Below are positions 43,120 to 55,377 of a DNA stretch of 64,000 bases, piece after piece. Position 1 is the stretch's first letter. Every line of letters starts with the position of its first letter. The stretch comes from Dudresnaya verticillata (taxonomy: Eukaryota): NCBI GenBank assembly GCA_977862235.1, contig OZ374563.1, forward strand, positions 2,108,001 through 2,172,000, read 5' to 3'. The notes beneath the pieces were generated by a model. The model had not been told where the DNA came from and made no database searches. It was given only the letters and a program-made list of their open reading frames with translations. Made by a program: the position numbers and the translations under genes.

Positions 43120-46100
43120 CCCAGACCACAGCACAAGGAGCGACCTAAATGACTCATGCTCAGGGCTGCTTTGCACATAAATGATTCTCTTAATCTGAAT
43201 CTGCACTAATTCCCATGTCACCCGCGTAGCAACACTCTATATAAACAAGTAGTAGATCAATCAACACCAATTCCCAAGTTGACTCGAGTTTTCTTGATGA
43301 GCTAGAAAGAGTAGTTCGCGCTGTGTCCCAGCGTACGCTTTAATTTATCTCTCGAGCCACCAGCATATCCTTAATCCTGCCTCGATGCGTCAGATGTTAG
43401 CACGTTTTGGCAGCTGGATTGCTGTTGAAGTGTGGTACACGCACGCATGGGAGATCTATAATGTAGAGCACTCCAGGTTGGCGCAGTCGGGGAGAACTGT
43501 CGAGAGATAGAGAGAGAGACCTTTATTAAAGAACAAGATAGAAGCCCCTTGATGGGGCTTAGGAATCAGAGTTACCGTAAAGAGGCGAGCGGGATGATTG
43601 CGTGTTGTAGGACTTCGTCTGTTCCAAATATGCTTTGACAGCGCTGATGATAAATTTCTCCTGAAGCCATCGCGTTACCTATCTTACTGGCTTAAGGTAT
43701 CGCAATGAATCACACAATTCAAAGCGCGAGTTGGAATGAGAGCGCGCAGAAAGGTGATCCTCAGGTCCCTGCCAAAGAGGGTGCCAAAGTCAGTCTCAAA
43801 CTTGGCGAGAGGATGTACAGTGTGTCAGCATCGGCAGAGAGGGCTGGTGAGGTAGCACGCTGTGCTGTTGAGAGGGTACCAAAGCTGAGCACGAGCGAAG
43901 TTGCCATTTTGACAACAGCGTTAGAAGAGCTTTCTGCCAATAATAGTGAAACTTCAACCCATCGTGACAATCGTAACGCCCACGGAAAGGACCGGGTACA
44001 GACCATGGGAACGCGGGAGGTCTTCTGACGAGGGAACATCCCCCTCTCTTCAAAGCGAGCCGAGCCCCAGGAAATCTCGGGCAACTGTGTCACTGCCGTG
44101 CCACCTCATACAGCATGGGATAAGGCCCTTTGAATTTCTGCACTGCGCACAGCTGGTTTACATGGTCGTATGCCGCAGTGTCGCACTACCACACAGCACG
44201 CATGACCCTGATCAAAACGAGACGCACGCCTACCCCCCATCAACCAGTCAAGCCCATCACATCCATCCCTGTGTGGGAACACAGTATCCTTGGCATTATC
44301 AAAGGCTTTTACCACACCCTCGAGCCCGATCAGTACTAGTACAATTCAACAGAATATTGCAACTAAGCGTGGGGAAAGAAAAAAGAGCTCCCACGTTTAG
44401 CGGTATGGGGTGCAGTCGTGCGGTTCCCACAACCGCGCCCCCATACGCTTTCGCCACTCGCATGGTCTCGGCCCATACCTCTACCACACCCTCATACCCA
44501 CGGTTCAGCCGCATCATCATGGACTTCTAAAGCAGATGAAATTCCCGCAGTGCTGTTCCCTCATCCTTCGATTGAATTACAACCGCATTGCCCCCAGAGC
44601 CTGATGCAATACTCATGCATTGTCTTCCCAATGACAATACTGAACAATTATGCACTGCACATCCGCAAAGGCCCACAGCTTTTGTTGGTTATCATAGTCC
44701 TCCATGGGCAACAGGGCTCATACGCAGAAATTCCATGGATATCTGCGGGATATATCCATGCTTGCAGCTCTCTAGAGATTGGAGATTATCGTTCTTCAAG
44801 TTCTTGCTCTCGAAAATGGCATGGAAGTCATGAAGTGTTAGGGAGATGACTCAAGGATGTAGATTCTTACTCCGGGCGGAAATTCAGGGCCACTAGCTTG
44901 CGACTGGCCGGGCAGAGAAGGGCTCGACCTCCGAGCAGAAGTGCATGTTAACAGTGCAGAAGTACATCATTGCGAGATTGGGAAATTTTCAAGCTTCCAG
45001 CCGACGGCAAGCTCTCTATCTCGGTTATTCGCTTCATGTATTATGTACATACGAAACTCCAGGACGTAATGTTTCTTCGTTCTGCCGAGCAAGGTCTCGT
45101 AAATAAAGGGACCCAAGTTCCATAGGACCACCGTGAGGACGGAAATCTGTATCTCATACAGGGCATAGAACCTTTGACAACAAGAACTACCCATTTGGGA
45201 TGGAATAGAGTCTTTTCTGATGGTATCCTCGGATCTCTCGGATATATTCTATCTCTGGACATGTTTGTCGTAAACAACATTCCATCTCGTAAGCAAGAGC
45301 ACACCAAATTGTCTTGCGAAACTGATATAGCAAGCAAAGGGGCCGCTATTTCGGGTGGTCGGCGTATGACCACGCTTTTGAGCGGGGGCCAAAGGAACAT
45401 CGTGCGACGTGTGATGAAAGATCCGATGAAAGCCGAAACCTTTCCTGAAAGCAAAAGAGGTCTGCGTGTGCTAAGATCTGGAACCAGGGGCAGGACTTCA
45501 GCATGTGTTTTGCTGAGGCCGAGGGCCTTGTTGGGTTGAACGGAGGAGATTGCTTGAAGGATTGATTGGCCGAAGGATCGGGGAACATAAAGCTTTCTTG
45601 GGTAACAGTGTTAGAGGCAGGAAACCTGGCCCAGATTCCCCGTCGCAGCGGGCTGCAGCAGGGGTCCCATACCACATGTGGAGCGAGGCCAGGCGGCGCT
45701 TGTGTTGGCGGCGTTGTACACGGAATGCCAGAGCAAGTGAGGTGTCCGGATGGTGGAGCAAGGGTTGTTCGGAAGGTTTGTTGAAACACCAATACCGCAA
45801 GTGCAGCATGGAGTGAATACGGGGTTGAAGTCGTGAGCTCCCCCGTTAATGAAAACGGTGAAAAGGCCAAGCTTCGGACTGGGCGGTATCAGAGCGACCG
45901 GAAAAGGTTGACAAAAATGACTCGGCTATCACATCGCGGCAAGATCTGCGTAGATGATCAAGTTCCTGAGACCAGAAAGGTTCAAAATGTAGCGGTCTTT
46001 GCAGGCAGACACTCAGCCAGTGATTAATGGGGAAGCCAAGAGGATCAGCGAAGATGCGTTCAGCAGGATCGAGAGTTGCAGCAGAACGAAGACGAGAATG

Positions 46101-46758
46101 GTAGGAGGGAGCCGTGTGACGGGAACCGTTTGTGATTACTCTTCCGCGTAGAACATCACCCATTTTCAAGAATAGCACTATAAGGACTGTTTTGGTACAT
46201 GACCGAGGTTTCTTCTATTCCAACATCCGGATTGAGACAACGAATTGGCTTGGCGTGGGTGACTTCAGGCCTTGCAGCGTCTCGTAGTTTTCAGTAGTCA
46301 CGTCCGCCTGGCGTGTCCGTTGCTTGCAAGAGTGAGGTGAATCCCAAAAGGGACGAGCTTCAGAAATTGTCAAGTGACTTCCTTCACGAGAAGTCAGAGC
46401 AGGAGCTCCGAGGACTGGCATGAACTGCAGGAATGGGGATCTTGGTGTCGCAGCAGATATCCTCTCGGTGTTCTCAGGACAAACCCGTTGCTCCTCTGCT
46501 CCAAAAAAGGTACCGAAAGGAATCACTTGGCTTCCGATGGACGCGGTAAGAGGGCAGCAGCGCAAACTGGATTCTTCTCCATGAACTGAAGCAAATCGTC
46601 CCGAAAAGGCTTACAGTTGGAATACACAGTTGGAATGCGAGAGAGTTGGAATGCGAAATGATTTCTGCAGCACGAAATACTCCTTGATGGCAGCAGGTCT
46701 GATCCTTTGCTGCATAATGAGCATCTCCCTCTGATCCTTTGCGTTGCGAGGCGGGCAG

Positions 46759-48586
46759 CTTTCCATCGCTTCAACACGTCACCATCGGAGCATTTGTAAG
46801 TCAGCTCGTATGTTCATCTGTATTTCCACATCTCTATTCCACTGCGAGTATCTTCTTCGGACCATACCACCTGTGACACTCTTGCTCAACAACGAGCTGC
46901 AGCGTTGAGCTGGCCGCCGTTCATCTCCGATCTTCGACAAGTACGTGAATGCGAGGAATTCACTTCTTTTCCTCAAGAAACCATACCTTTTGCTACTAAC
47001 CAAACCGGGCAAACCTTCAAGCCGTACAGGGACGCTCGCAAAAAACGCCAGTGCGCACGACACCTTCAAGTAAGCAACACAAAGCTCATTGGACCTTTGA
47101 GATACCCGCTCTCCCTCCCCTTTAGAACTTCGATTATTTTCTGCAGGGGATATGGATAACCAGTTGAACATTGGTGGTATAAGGCTCAGTGCAGATGACT
47201 CGAGCGTTGGCTCCGTACCACAGAACGAACAGACAGAAAGCCAAGTAGGAGATACTGTTATCAGTAAGAACATTTGGAGTGACTCCGCAAGCAAATCACA
47301 TGTCCAGACGAGACCCCCGTCTGCATGTGTCAGCGTTACTGAGGAAGTTAATGAAGTTATTCCTGATCGTACTATCGGTGATAGCGTCCCAGAATTCTGC
47401 TCGACACATGTACCCACGCCCGCTCCTGACAAGGTTACGGGGTACTTGAGCCTTAAGGAAGAGCTTGACACGAGTACAGGATGCGTATCCGAATCGGATA
47501 CGGGCAAAACACGATCACCTCCAAAGCGTATGTTCTTTATCTTTCTCTCTGCGAGTTCGAGGCCCATCATTACCCAACTTTCACGCCATCGGGATTTTGT
47601 TTCCTGTCCTCACCGCTAACAACTATTTCCGTTCATCCTGCTTTCCCCTCATAGATGCAAATCCTTCAGGTCAGTATCACGAGTATGTCCATTCAGGAAC
47701 CGGAGAAGTTTCAACCCTAATCGCAGATGGAAAACAACTGTCTATTGAAGTTGAAGCTCCTAGCGAAATTCCAACGGTCACGATTGCGGAAAGAGCGCGA
47801 GTTACATTTCTTGAAGACTCATCTAGATTCAGAAGGGATGGAGAAATCTTTTCTGAGTTGTTCCACGTGCAAGATTCCTTCAATAAGGACAGCGACGAAA
47901 CGGTCCATTGCGTTGACGTATCATCCAATTCGCAGGAACACCAGTATGCCTCCCACCCAGGGGAAGTTAATCCGAGGAACGAAGAAAGACATGACAGGGT
48001 TCAATCTGATGGTAGGTCCCTCCCGAAGGACAGGAATAGTGTGAACAAATGGAAGGTAGCTGGAATTGTCTTACACGTCCGACAAGATGATACAGGTGGG
48101 CATATCAATCTGAAAGGAGCCCCAAACATTGGGACCGGAGAAGGGCAAACTAGTCATCAAGCAAAGAGGAAGAATATGAGGTATCAGCCTCATGTGTACA
48201 ATCGTCTCAGGCAGTTGAGAATCTACAAGTTGAAGTATGAAGCCGAACGGAAAAAGAAGAGAGAAGAAGAGGCGATTTCAAAATGTGAGGACAGCTCTGG
48301 AGAAGGGCAATGCCTGGATCTTCAAGGGGAAAGAATTCCAAACTACGACGCGAAAAAGATGCGAGACACTAAAGAAGAGCCCCTTTCTACGTATACGGAC
48401 AACGAAGGCTTACCTGCGGCTCAAAAAGACAACAAAGGGGTTGACGCATTTCATAACGGAGATCACGAAATACAACCTGCTCAAGTCGGGCTTCGCTTGG
48501 CTAGTTCAGATGATAGAGAAAAAGTATTTGGGACTATGGGAGAGCTGATAGAGTATCATGCCAACTTGGGAAAAGACAAGGCATAA
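46759..48586 (+). CDS. Multi-exon hypothetical protein, copy 3
   Basis: Copy of 12087-13914 at +34,672. Confidence 0.7.
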
Positions 48587-49424
48587 GCCTTTGCGCGGAA
48601 GTACGTCACTTTGATGTCGCCCTGCCCCCACCGCGTCACATACCCCCGTTGGCTCTACAGCTACCAGACCACCGCGATTGGAAGCTGACGATCCGCTAGA
48701 ACTTGCGCACCTTCCCATTCCCACCAAGCTGCACCACCACTGCAGCCCTAGTACGTATGCATGCCGTGAAGTTACAGCTTATATTCTCCCCAAGGCCCAC
48801 TTCCGACATGTATAAATAGAGTTCGTCACCTCGCAGCTAGCACCATGATGGGCCTTTGCAGCCTGCGCAGGACCACCTAAAACAACAATAAACATGAATC
48901 ATCACCATGAGTTTCCGATATAGCTCATCTGCCTTTCCCACGATATACTTCGAATTTTTCGCCGACGCCCTTGGGGCCATTACCCAACATCTCTGCCTCG
49001 AACTTTCCACAACTGCAAACCCGCACTCCGTAGAGCTAGGCCCCGATCTGACACGACTGCCTAGCTGAACCTGACCAAAGCACTGCTGACAGATTACGCC
49101 CACCTCGGCACTCACCCACGGTGAGCTTTTGTGTGAGCCGTTCTTGCCCGCGAAAGCCCACCAAAAACAACCAACAAGAACCTCTGTGCGAACCGAGTAA
49201 TGCTTAATTTTAAACGTAGATACAGTAAAGCTCCACGGCCTACTGACCGGAATGAGCGCTGGATCCCGTAATCTTTGAATCGCAGTATGGGTAGTAACGT
49301 TTTCGCACAGGAATGAAGAGATCCAATCCTCAACAAGCATGCATCCCTTTAATCACAAGATTCAGAGTAAAGAGAAATCTCTCATGCAGAAACACTCTTT
49401 GGGCGGAATCAAAAAGTCCTTTTC

Positions 49425-50471
49425 CTACGCCGAAGGCGACGGAATGTTTTCCATCACGTGAAAGCCCATTGTTTCGATCGAGCAATGACACTTCTCTACC
49501 ATCTCTTGCAGTGCCTTTTTGCACAACCTCATCTCCATCACGATTGAATTCAGGCGAGCTGGTATCTTCCAGAGTTCCGCAGTAGCATGCATCATCCTCT
49601 CCGCGTTAACACCCCGCAATCCCACAGAATTAGCACCTGACATCGCTTGCCCGTGGCTCATTTGATACGGAATGTATCCATATCCTCCTCCGAGCCAAAC
49701 TGGTTCGGTAATTGTGAACTGAAAGGAGGGCACCTCTTCAGCTCGAATGAGCCTGATTTTCTCTTTCAGGGCCGCAATTGCCGCAGACCCTCTCTTCACC
49801 TCTTCTGAAAGAAGATCTTTGCAATGATTCACCATGACGAGATAGAAGTGCAGGCTGTTATTGAACCCAAGACTCCGCTGGCCTCCTGGGACATGGTCAA
49901 ACTTCACGCGGAGAACGTCCAGAGAGCTCAGGCCCGTCATAGACTCGTACGAGTACTCATAATCAATAGCTTCACTATCGGTAGAAGCTTTCTCCAAAAG
50001 TTGCAGGACATGAACCAAGCCAGTCTCTGCAGGGCCCGAAAGATCATTTCCATGCAAACCAGGAACATGCCTAGAGGTGCCAGTGGACACCGTACTGGCA
50101 TGATTGCGGTGCCCGTCCGTGGAGCTCGAAGCGTGCCCGCCCTGTGGGTTTGAAGCCAAGCTTGACTCTGACAAATTGCGATCTCCATGAGCTTCCGAGG
50201 GGCCTGCGTGGGTTGCCTCGCCAATTGTGCATGATGGGATTCTCCACGAGTTAATGTTGCGAATCACACTGGAGCTCAAGCGCCCTTCTCCGTCACACAG
50301 CCGTCTATACCACTCGCGGTTAGACGGATTCATGGCTGGCTTAAGCTTCTGCCGGCAGTCTTGAAATGGACTTTCGACACTTTGTAAGACTGAACGCAGT
50401 GACTGTGTCCAAGGGTTAGGCCACCGACCGCGTGATTCTGCATTTCCGGCGATGCGCACGGAATCACGCAT
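49425..50471 (-). CDS. ORF348 copy 4
   Basis: Identical protein to copy 2. Confidence 0.6.
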   Translation of the reverse strand: MRDSVRIAGNAESRGRWPNPWTQSLRSVLQSVESPFQDCRQKLKPAMNPSNREWYRRLCDGEGRLSSSVIRNINSWRIPSCTIGEATHAGPSEAHGDRNLSESSLASNPQGGHASSSTDGHRNHASTVSTGTSRHVPGLHGNDLSGPAETGLVHVLQLLEKASTDSEAIDYEYSYESMTGLSSLDVLRVKFDHVPGGQRSLGFNNSLHFYLVMVNHCKDLLSEEVKRGSAAIAALKEKIRLIRAEEVPSFQFTITEPVWLGGGYGYIPYQMSHGQAMSGANSVGLRGVNAERMMHATAELWKIPARLNSIVMEMRLCKKALQEMVEKCHCSIETMGFHVMENIPSPSA

Positions 50472-50564
50472 CTCGTAGGAAAATCTGTGGAAAGCCTTTC
50501 AAATTTTGACATCTCGAGAGACCCGCAAAATCTGCCTTCGCAGCCCTTGGGAAGAAGTGGAATG

Positions 50565-53500
50565 TGTTAGATTTGTGTGTTGATGTGCCAACCAGTCTGG
50601 GCTACTCCCTGTTTATGGCTGGTCTTTATACGGTAAGCAAAGTCCTACTACTACATTTTCGAACCTTTGCTTGCACGGCAGGAGAGTCCTCTCCGGGTGA
50701 TAATTCCGGGGGAGTCTCCTGAAGAGCAGGGCCGGAGAGTTTCTGCACTTCTGTCATTGTCAGGTAAACTGCATTGTTGTGGTGCATGTTGACCGTGATA
50801 AGTTCGTGTCACATTGAACATCATTGTGCCAACATTCCCCCTCGAACTTAACAGCGGTCGATTGAGATGCCCATCATACTTGTGAACCTTGTATGTTTGA
50901 ACTTCTGCAAGGCCTTGGTCATAACGTCTGCCACCATATTCTCGGTTGAGATGTACTGTAGTTCGATAGACGCTTTCTGGATGTGGTCACGAATGAAATG
51001 GTACTTGACATCGATGTGTTTCGTGCGCTCGTTGGAGACACTGTTCTTTGCGAGCGCCATCGAACCTTGATTGTCTGTGTATAATGTGAAAGTCTTGTTG
51101 GCATCTGCGCGAAACTCCTTGTTCAGTCGTTGAAGCCATAAAGCCTCACGAACGGCAAATGAAGTTGCAACATATTCGGCTTCAACACTTGACTGTGCTA
51201 CTATACTTTGTTTCTTGCTACGCCATGAAATAGCCCCACCGCAACTCAGGAAAACAAATCCGCTTGTTGATTTCCTCTCAATGCGATCTCCGGCAAAGTC
51301 AGAATCAGTAAATCCATGCAACCCTACGCAATCTTTGCTCCTTGATACAAAGGAGATACCATTCTCTTCTGTACCTTTCAGGTAACGAAGGACATACTTG
51401 GCGGCATTCCAGTGTACTCTAGAAGGCTTTTGCATAAAACGGGAGAGATATGAAGTTGCAAACGTGATGTCTGGCCGGGTAGTGTTGGCAAGGTGCAGCA
51501 AACCTCCAACCAATTCGCGAAACGGTACCGATTCTGGTTCCCATTCCCCCTCATCGGTGACGTTTGGGGTTTCCAGAATTGTGCCAGGTGGCAATGGAGT
51601 AGTTGTAGACTTGGCATACTGTAATCCGAACTTAGAAACCATCTCGCGGATCATGTGTGGACTGGATACCTGAATGCAACGTAGATCACGGTTACGATGA
51701 ATGATGATACCTAAAAACTTCGTCACACTCTTCTCGACGCGGATATCTACCTTTTCGGCAATAGATGTAGTTATCTTGCGCATTAATGAGAGGCTGGCAC
51801 TGACGAGTAGCATATCATCTACGTAGACTAAAACAAACAAACGGATAGAGTCGAGGATAAGGATGTAGAGGCTAGCGTCAGACTCAGACTGAAAGAAACC
51901 CAGGGTCTTAAGAAGTGTATCGATTGTTCGATGCCAGGCACGCGAGGCTTGCTTCAGACCGTAGAGCGCTTTCAGGAGGCGGTAGACAAAATGACGTTTT
52001 TCATTGTTCACGAAACCCTCAGGTTGTTTCATGTAGATGACCTCGTCAAGGTCGCCCTTGAGAAACGCAGCCTTCACATCCAGTTGCATCATCTGTAAGT
52101 CCTCATCCGCTGCCAAGGAGAGAAGGAAACGGAGCGTGGAGTATTTGGCTACAGGTGCAAATGTTTCTTCGTAGTCAATTCCATACCGCTGTGAAAATCC
52201 TTTTGCTACGAGGCGTGCTCGATATCGAGATACCCGGTGGTCAGCGTCTCGCTTCTTGAAATAAACCCACCTGTTCTGGACGGCCTTGGCATCCGTCGGG
52301 AGAGGAACAAGCATCCATGTACTCTTACGCTCGATCTCAGCAATTTCTTCATTCATAGCCTGAACCCATTGATCCTTTTCAGGGCCGCCTACGGCCTCTT
52401 TGTATGTGGTCGGAACCTCGGCTGATTCATTTCCCATTCGTACGTTAAGTGCAATTGATGCGATGTCACCGTATCGCGCTGGAGTTGTCGACGCACGATT
52501 AGAGCGACGCAATTGCGGGAAGTGGGTAAGTTCTTCAGTATTAACGGAACTAGGGGAGTTGCTGTCCCTATCCTCTTCGTCTTCGTGATCGGACTGGAGT
52601 TCTCCTTCTTCGTCATCGGAGTCGTCCGCGAGATCTGGGAGAGAATTGTTATCATCCTCCGGGTCAGGTAGTTCCATAAAGTTATGTTTGGTTTCCTCTT
52701 CTGGCTCTGACACAGCGTCAAGACCTGTGTAGGTCTCATCGCAGCTGACATCTCGGGAAGTAACAACTTTGCCATCGGTAACGAAGTAGACTTTGTAACT
52801 GTTGCCTCTTTCATAACCAACCAGGAGGCCTACCTTGGCCCGTGGTTCGAATTTGCTTTTCCTGGTTGCTTTGGGAATATGGACATACGCTCGGCAGCCA
52901 AACTTGCGGATGTGGGCTAGATTTGGCTTCTTGCCCATAATAACTTCGTACGGGGTCTGGTTGGACGAATTGCATGAACGGGTATACAGCCGGTTTCGAA
53001 GGTAGTTAGCTGTGTTTACAGCTTCAGCCCACAGTGATTCATGGTCAGGAATGTCTGAAACAGCCATGAGCATTGTTCGAGCCATGTCTAGCAGGGCACG
53101 GTTGAGTCGTTCGGCCTTTCCGTTAGACTCCGGAGAGTACGAAGAGGTTAGTTCGTGAACTGTACCTCGATTGGAGAGCCATTTCTTGAACTTGTTGGAG
53201 AGGAATTCCCCGCCATTATCAGTACGCATCCTCTTGACACGTACAAATTCGGGGTCGTAAGCGTCTGCAGTTACACGACGGGCTATTAGTCGTTTGACCT
53301 TAGAGCCGAATACAGTTTCCAATTCCACTAGCATCTCTTTTAGTGCTTTGCTGGCATCTCCCTTCCCGGAGATGAAACGTACGAGAGACAAGGAACTGTG
53401 GTCATCGAGTAGAGTCACGAAATGCCGTGCACCCTTGATGGATCGGCGACGAGAGGGGCCAACTAAATCAGAGTGGACAAGATGTAACGGTTGTGTAGAC

Positions 53501-55377
53501 TTCTGTTCTTCATCGGTGGCCTCAAAACGTACTTTGCGAGTCGACTTTCCCTTGAGACAGCTATCGCACTTTGATGGAAACTTGCACTGAGATATTTCAA
53601 GACCATTGACTAGTGGAAGGGAATGCTGAATTGTTTCAGGACTAACGTGTCCCAGCCGTTCATGCCATAGCTTCTGTTTGGCTTCGACGGAAATGGCAGC
53701 AGTGTGAGTGTCAGCTTCCACTTGTGTTGGATTCATGGTGACTCGATACAGTCCGTCCTCGTGTTCGAGACCTTGAAGAATAACATCATTGCTACGGGAT
53801 CCTGATACAGTACAGATTCCTTGGCCGTTGGTATCTGTCTCGAAGATAACGCGATGTCCCTGCTTGCGAAGACGACTAACTGAGATCAGGTTGCACATCA
53901 GTCCTGGAACATGTAGGACATTGGTCATTCGGATGTTGACATCACGGTCGCCGACTTTCGCGACACACAACAAGTCACCAATGGCAACAACTGGAGATTG
54001 GTTGCCGTTCCCTACCATTACAGATGATGGGCTTTGACTGATATTCTGGGTAAGGAAGTGCTCTGAGTTGTTCGTCATATGCGAGGAACAACCAGAATCA
54101 ATATACCATTCATAAGGTGGCGAGGCAAGGACAGTAGTGTTAGCGGTTGCACATTTTGAGATGAACGTGATGTAATTTGACCCACTAGTAGCGGTGTTAG
54201 CATAATTTGCTGCTTCTGTCTCCTTCTGGTTCGAGCGCGGGTCGCGGAAGCTGCCTTGTGGTTTTCCATTTGCAGCACGAGGTCGATAGCGAGGGCTCTC
54301 TGGATTATCAAAACAGTCGGGCTTGATATGACCGAGTCGTCCACAGTAGTGGCATTTCTTCTTTCTGTTTTGTGTTGCTGCTAATGCAGTAGAACTTTCT
54401 CCATTTGCCGTGCTAACGTCGTCTTGCAAAATGTTGATTTCCTCAAGGACGAGTTGCGATATACATTCTTCATACTTTGTGCCTGAGATCAACATTACTT
54501 TCTTCACAACATGATACTCCTCTCTAAGTCCTCGTAGTAAGGCCCTTTTGCGATCTCGCTCAGATATTGAATGTCCAACTGATGTTAACTTTTGCTCCAG
54601 GTTAGTCAACCGATTTACGTAGCTCATAATATTCTCCGTCGGTAGCATGGTAACTGTCTGGTACTGCGTCAGATAGGCATCAATTGATGCCTCCGAAATA
54701 ACTTGAAACATAGACTCAAGAGTGTCCCAAACTTGCTTAGCGTCTCGTAAGCCAATAACACGGGCGCTAATTGAGTCGTCCACAGTGAGTAGTAAGTTTG
54801 TAAGAGCGACATCATGGCGACGTTGAAACTTTTCACCTTCATCGACGGAGGCACCTTCCGGTTTCTTCTCGGTGCCTGACACGATTCCCCAGAGCCCCTT
54901 GGCACGAAGTACTAACTCGATTTTACGAGACCATATGTAGTAGTTCTGGGATGTAAGCTTCTCAATACGATAGCGAGAGAGGTCTGTCCCACTTTCAGAA
55001 TCCATGTTGTGGGAAGACTGACGAAAAAACGAAACGACGAGTTGCTACGAAACGATAGACGGGACGTCAAGCGCAGATAGAATTGCGCGTACTAGAACCC
55101 CATAACCTGTTAGATTTGTGTGTTGATGTGCCAACCAGTCTGGGCTACTCCCTGTTTATGGCTGGTCTTTATACGGTAAGCAAAGTCCTACTACTACATT
55201 TTCGAACCTTTGCTTGCACGGCAGGAGAGTCCTCTCCGGGTGATAATTCCGGGGGAGTCTCCTGAAGAGCAGGGCTGGAGAGTTTCTGCACTTCTGTCAT
55301 TGTCAGGTAAACTGCATTGTTGTGGTGCATGTTGACCGTGATAAGTTCGTGTCACATTGAACATCATTGTGCCAACA
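50565..55377 (-). mobile_element. Full-length Ty1/copia element, copy 3 (LTRs 50565-50834 and 55108-55377; TSD GAATG)
   Basis: Same structure and flanks; one C>T in the 5' LTR at 55276. Confidence 0.98.
50848..55005 (-). CDS. Copia gag-pol polyprotein (1385 aa), copy 3
   Basis: Intact ORF; private A>T amino-acid change (RPDITF, position 51465). Confidence 0.98.
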   Translation of the reverse strand: MDSESGTDLSRYRIEKLTSQNYYIWSRKIELVLRAKGLWGIVSGTEKKPEGASVDEGEKFQRRHDVALTNLLLTVDDSISARVIGLRDAKQVWDTLESMFQVISEASIDAYLTQYQTVTMLPTENIMSYVNRLTNLEQKLTSVGHSISERDRKRALLRGLREEYHVVKKVMLISGTKYEECISQLVLEEINILQDDVSTANGESSTALAATQNRKKKCHYCGRLGHIKPDCFDNPESPRYRPRAANGKPQGSFRDPRSNQKETEAANYANTATSGSNYITFISKCATANTTVLASPPYEWYIDSGCSSHMTNNSEHFLTQNISQSPSSVMVGNGNQSPVVAIGDLLCVAKVGDRDVNIRMTNVLHVPGLMCNLISVSRLRKQGHRVIFETDTNGQGICTVSGSRSNDVILQGLEHEDGLYRVTMNPTQVEADTHTAAISVEAKQKLWHERLGHVSPETIQHSLPLVNGLEISQCKFPSKCDSCLKGKSTRKVRFEATDEEQKSTQPLHLVHSDLVGPSRRRSIKGARHFVTLLDDHSSLSLVRFISGKGDASKALKEMLVELETVFGSKVKRLIARRVTADAYDPEFVRVKRMRTDNGGEFLSNKFKKWLSNRGTVHELTSSYSPESNGKAERLNRALLDMARTMLMAVSDIPDHESLWAEAVNTANYLRNRLYTRSCNSSNQTPYEVIMGKKPNLAHIRKFGCRAYVHIPKATRKSKFEPRAKVGLLVGYERGNSYKVYFVTDGKVVTSRDVSCDETYTGLDAVSEPEEETKHNFMELPDPEDDNNSLPDLADDSDDEEGELQSDHEDEEDRDSNSPSSVNTEELTHFPQLRRSNRASTTPARYGDIASIALNVRMGNESAEVPTTYKEAVGGPEKDQWVQAMNEEIAEIERKSTWMLVPLPTDAKAVQNRWVYFKKRDADHRVSRYRARLVAKGFSQRYGIDYEETFAPVAKYSTLRFLLSLAADEDLQMMQLDVKAAFLKGDLDEVIYMKQPEGFVNNEKRHFVYRLLKALYGLKQASRAWHRTIDTLLKTLGFFQSESDASLYILILDSIRLFVLVYVDDMLLVSASLSLMRKITTSIAEKVDIRVEKSVTKFLGIIIHRNRDLRCIQVSSPHMIREMVSKFGLQYAKSTTTPLPPGTILETPNVTDEGEWEPESVPFRELVGGLLHLANTTRPDITFATSYLSRFMQKPSRVHWNAAKYVLRYLKGTEENGISFVSRSKDCVGLHGFTDSDFAGDRIERKSTSGFVFLSCGGAISWRSKKQSIVAQSSVEAEYVATSFAVREALWLQRLNKEFRADANKTFTLYTDNQGSMALAKNSVSNERTKHIDVKYHFIRDHIQKASIELQYISTENMVADVMTKALQKFKHTRFTSMMGISIDRC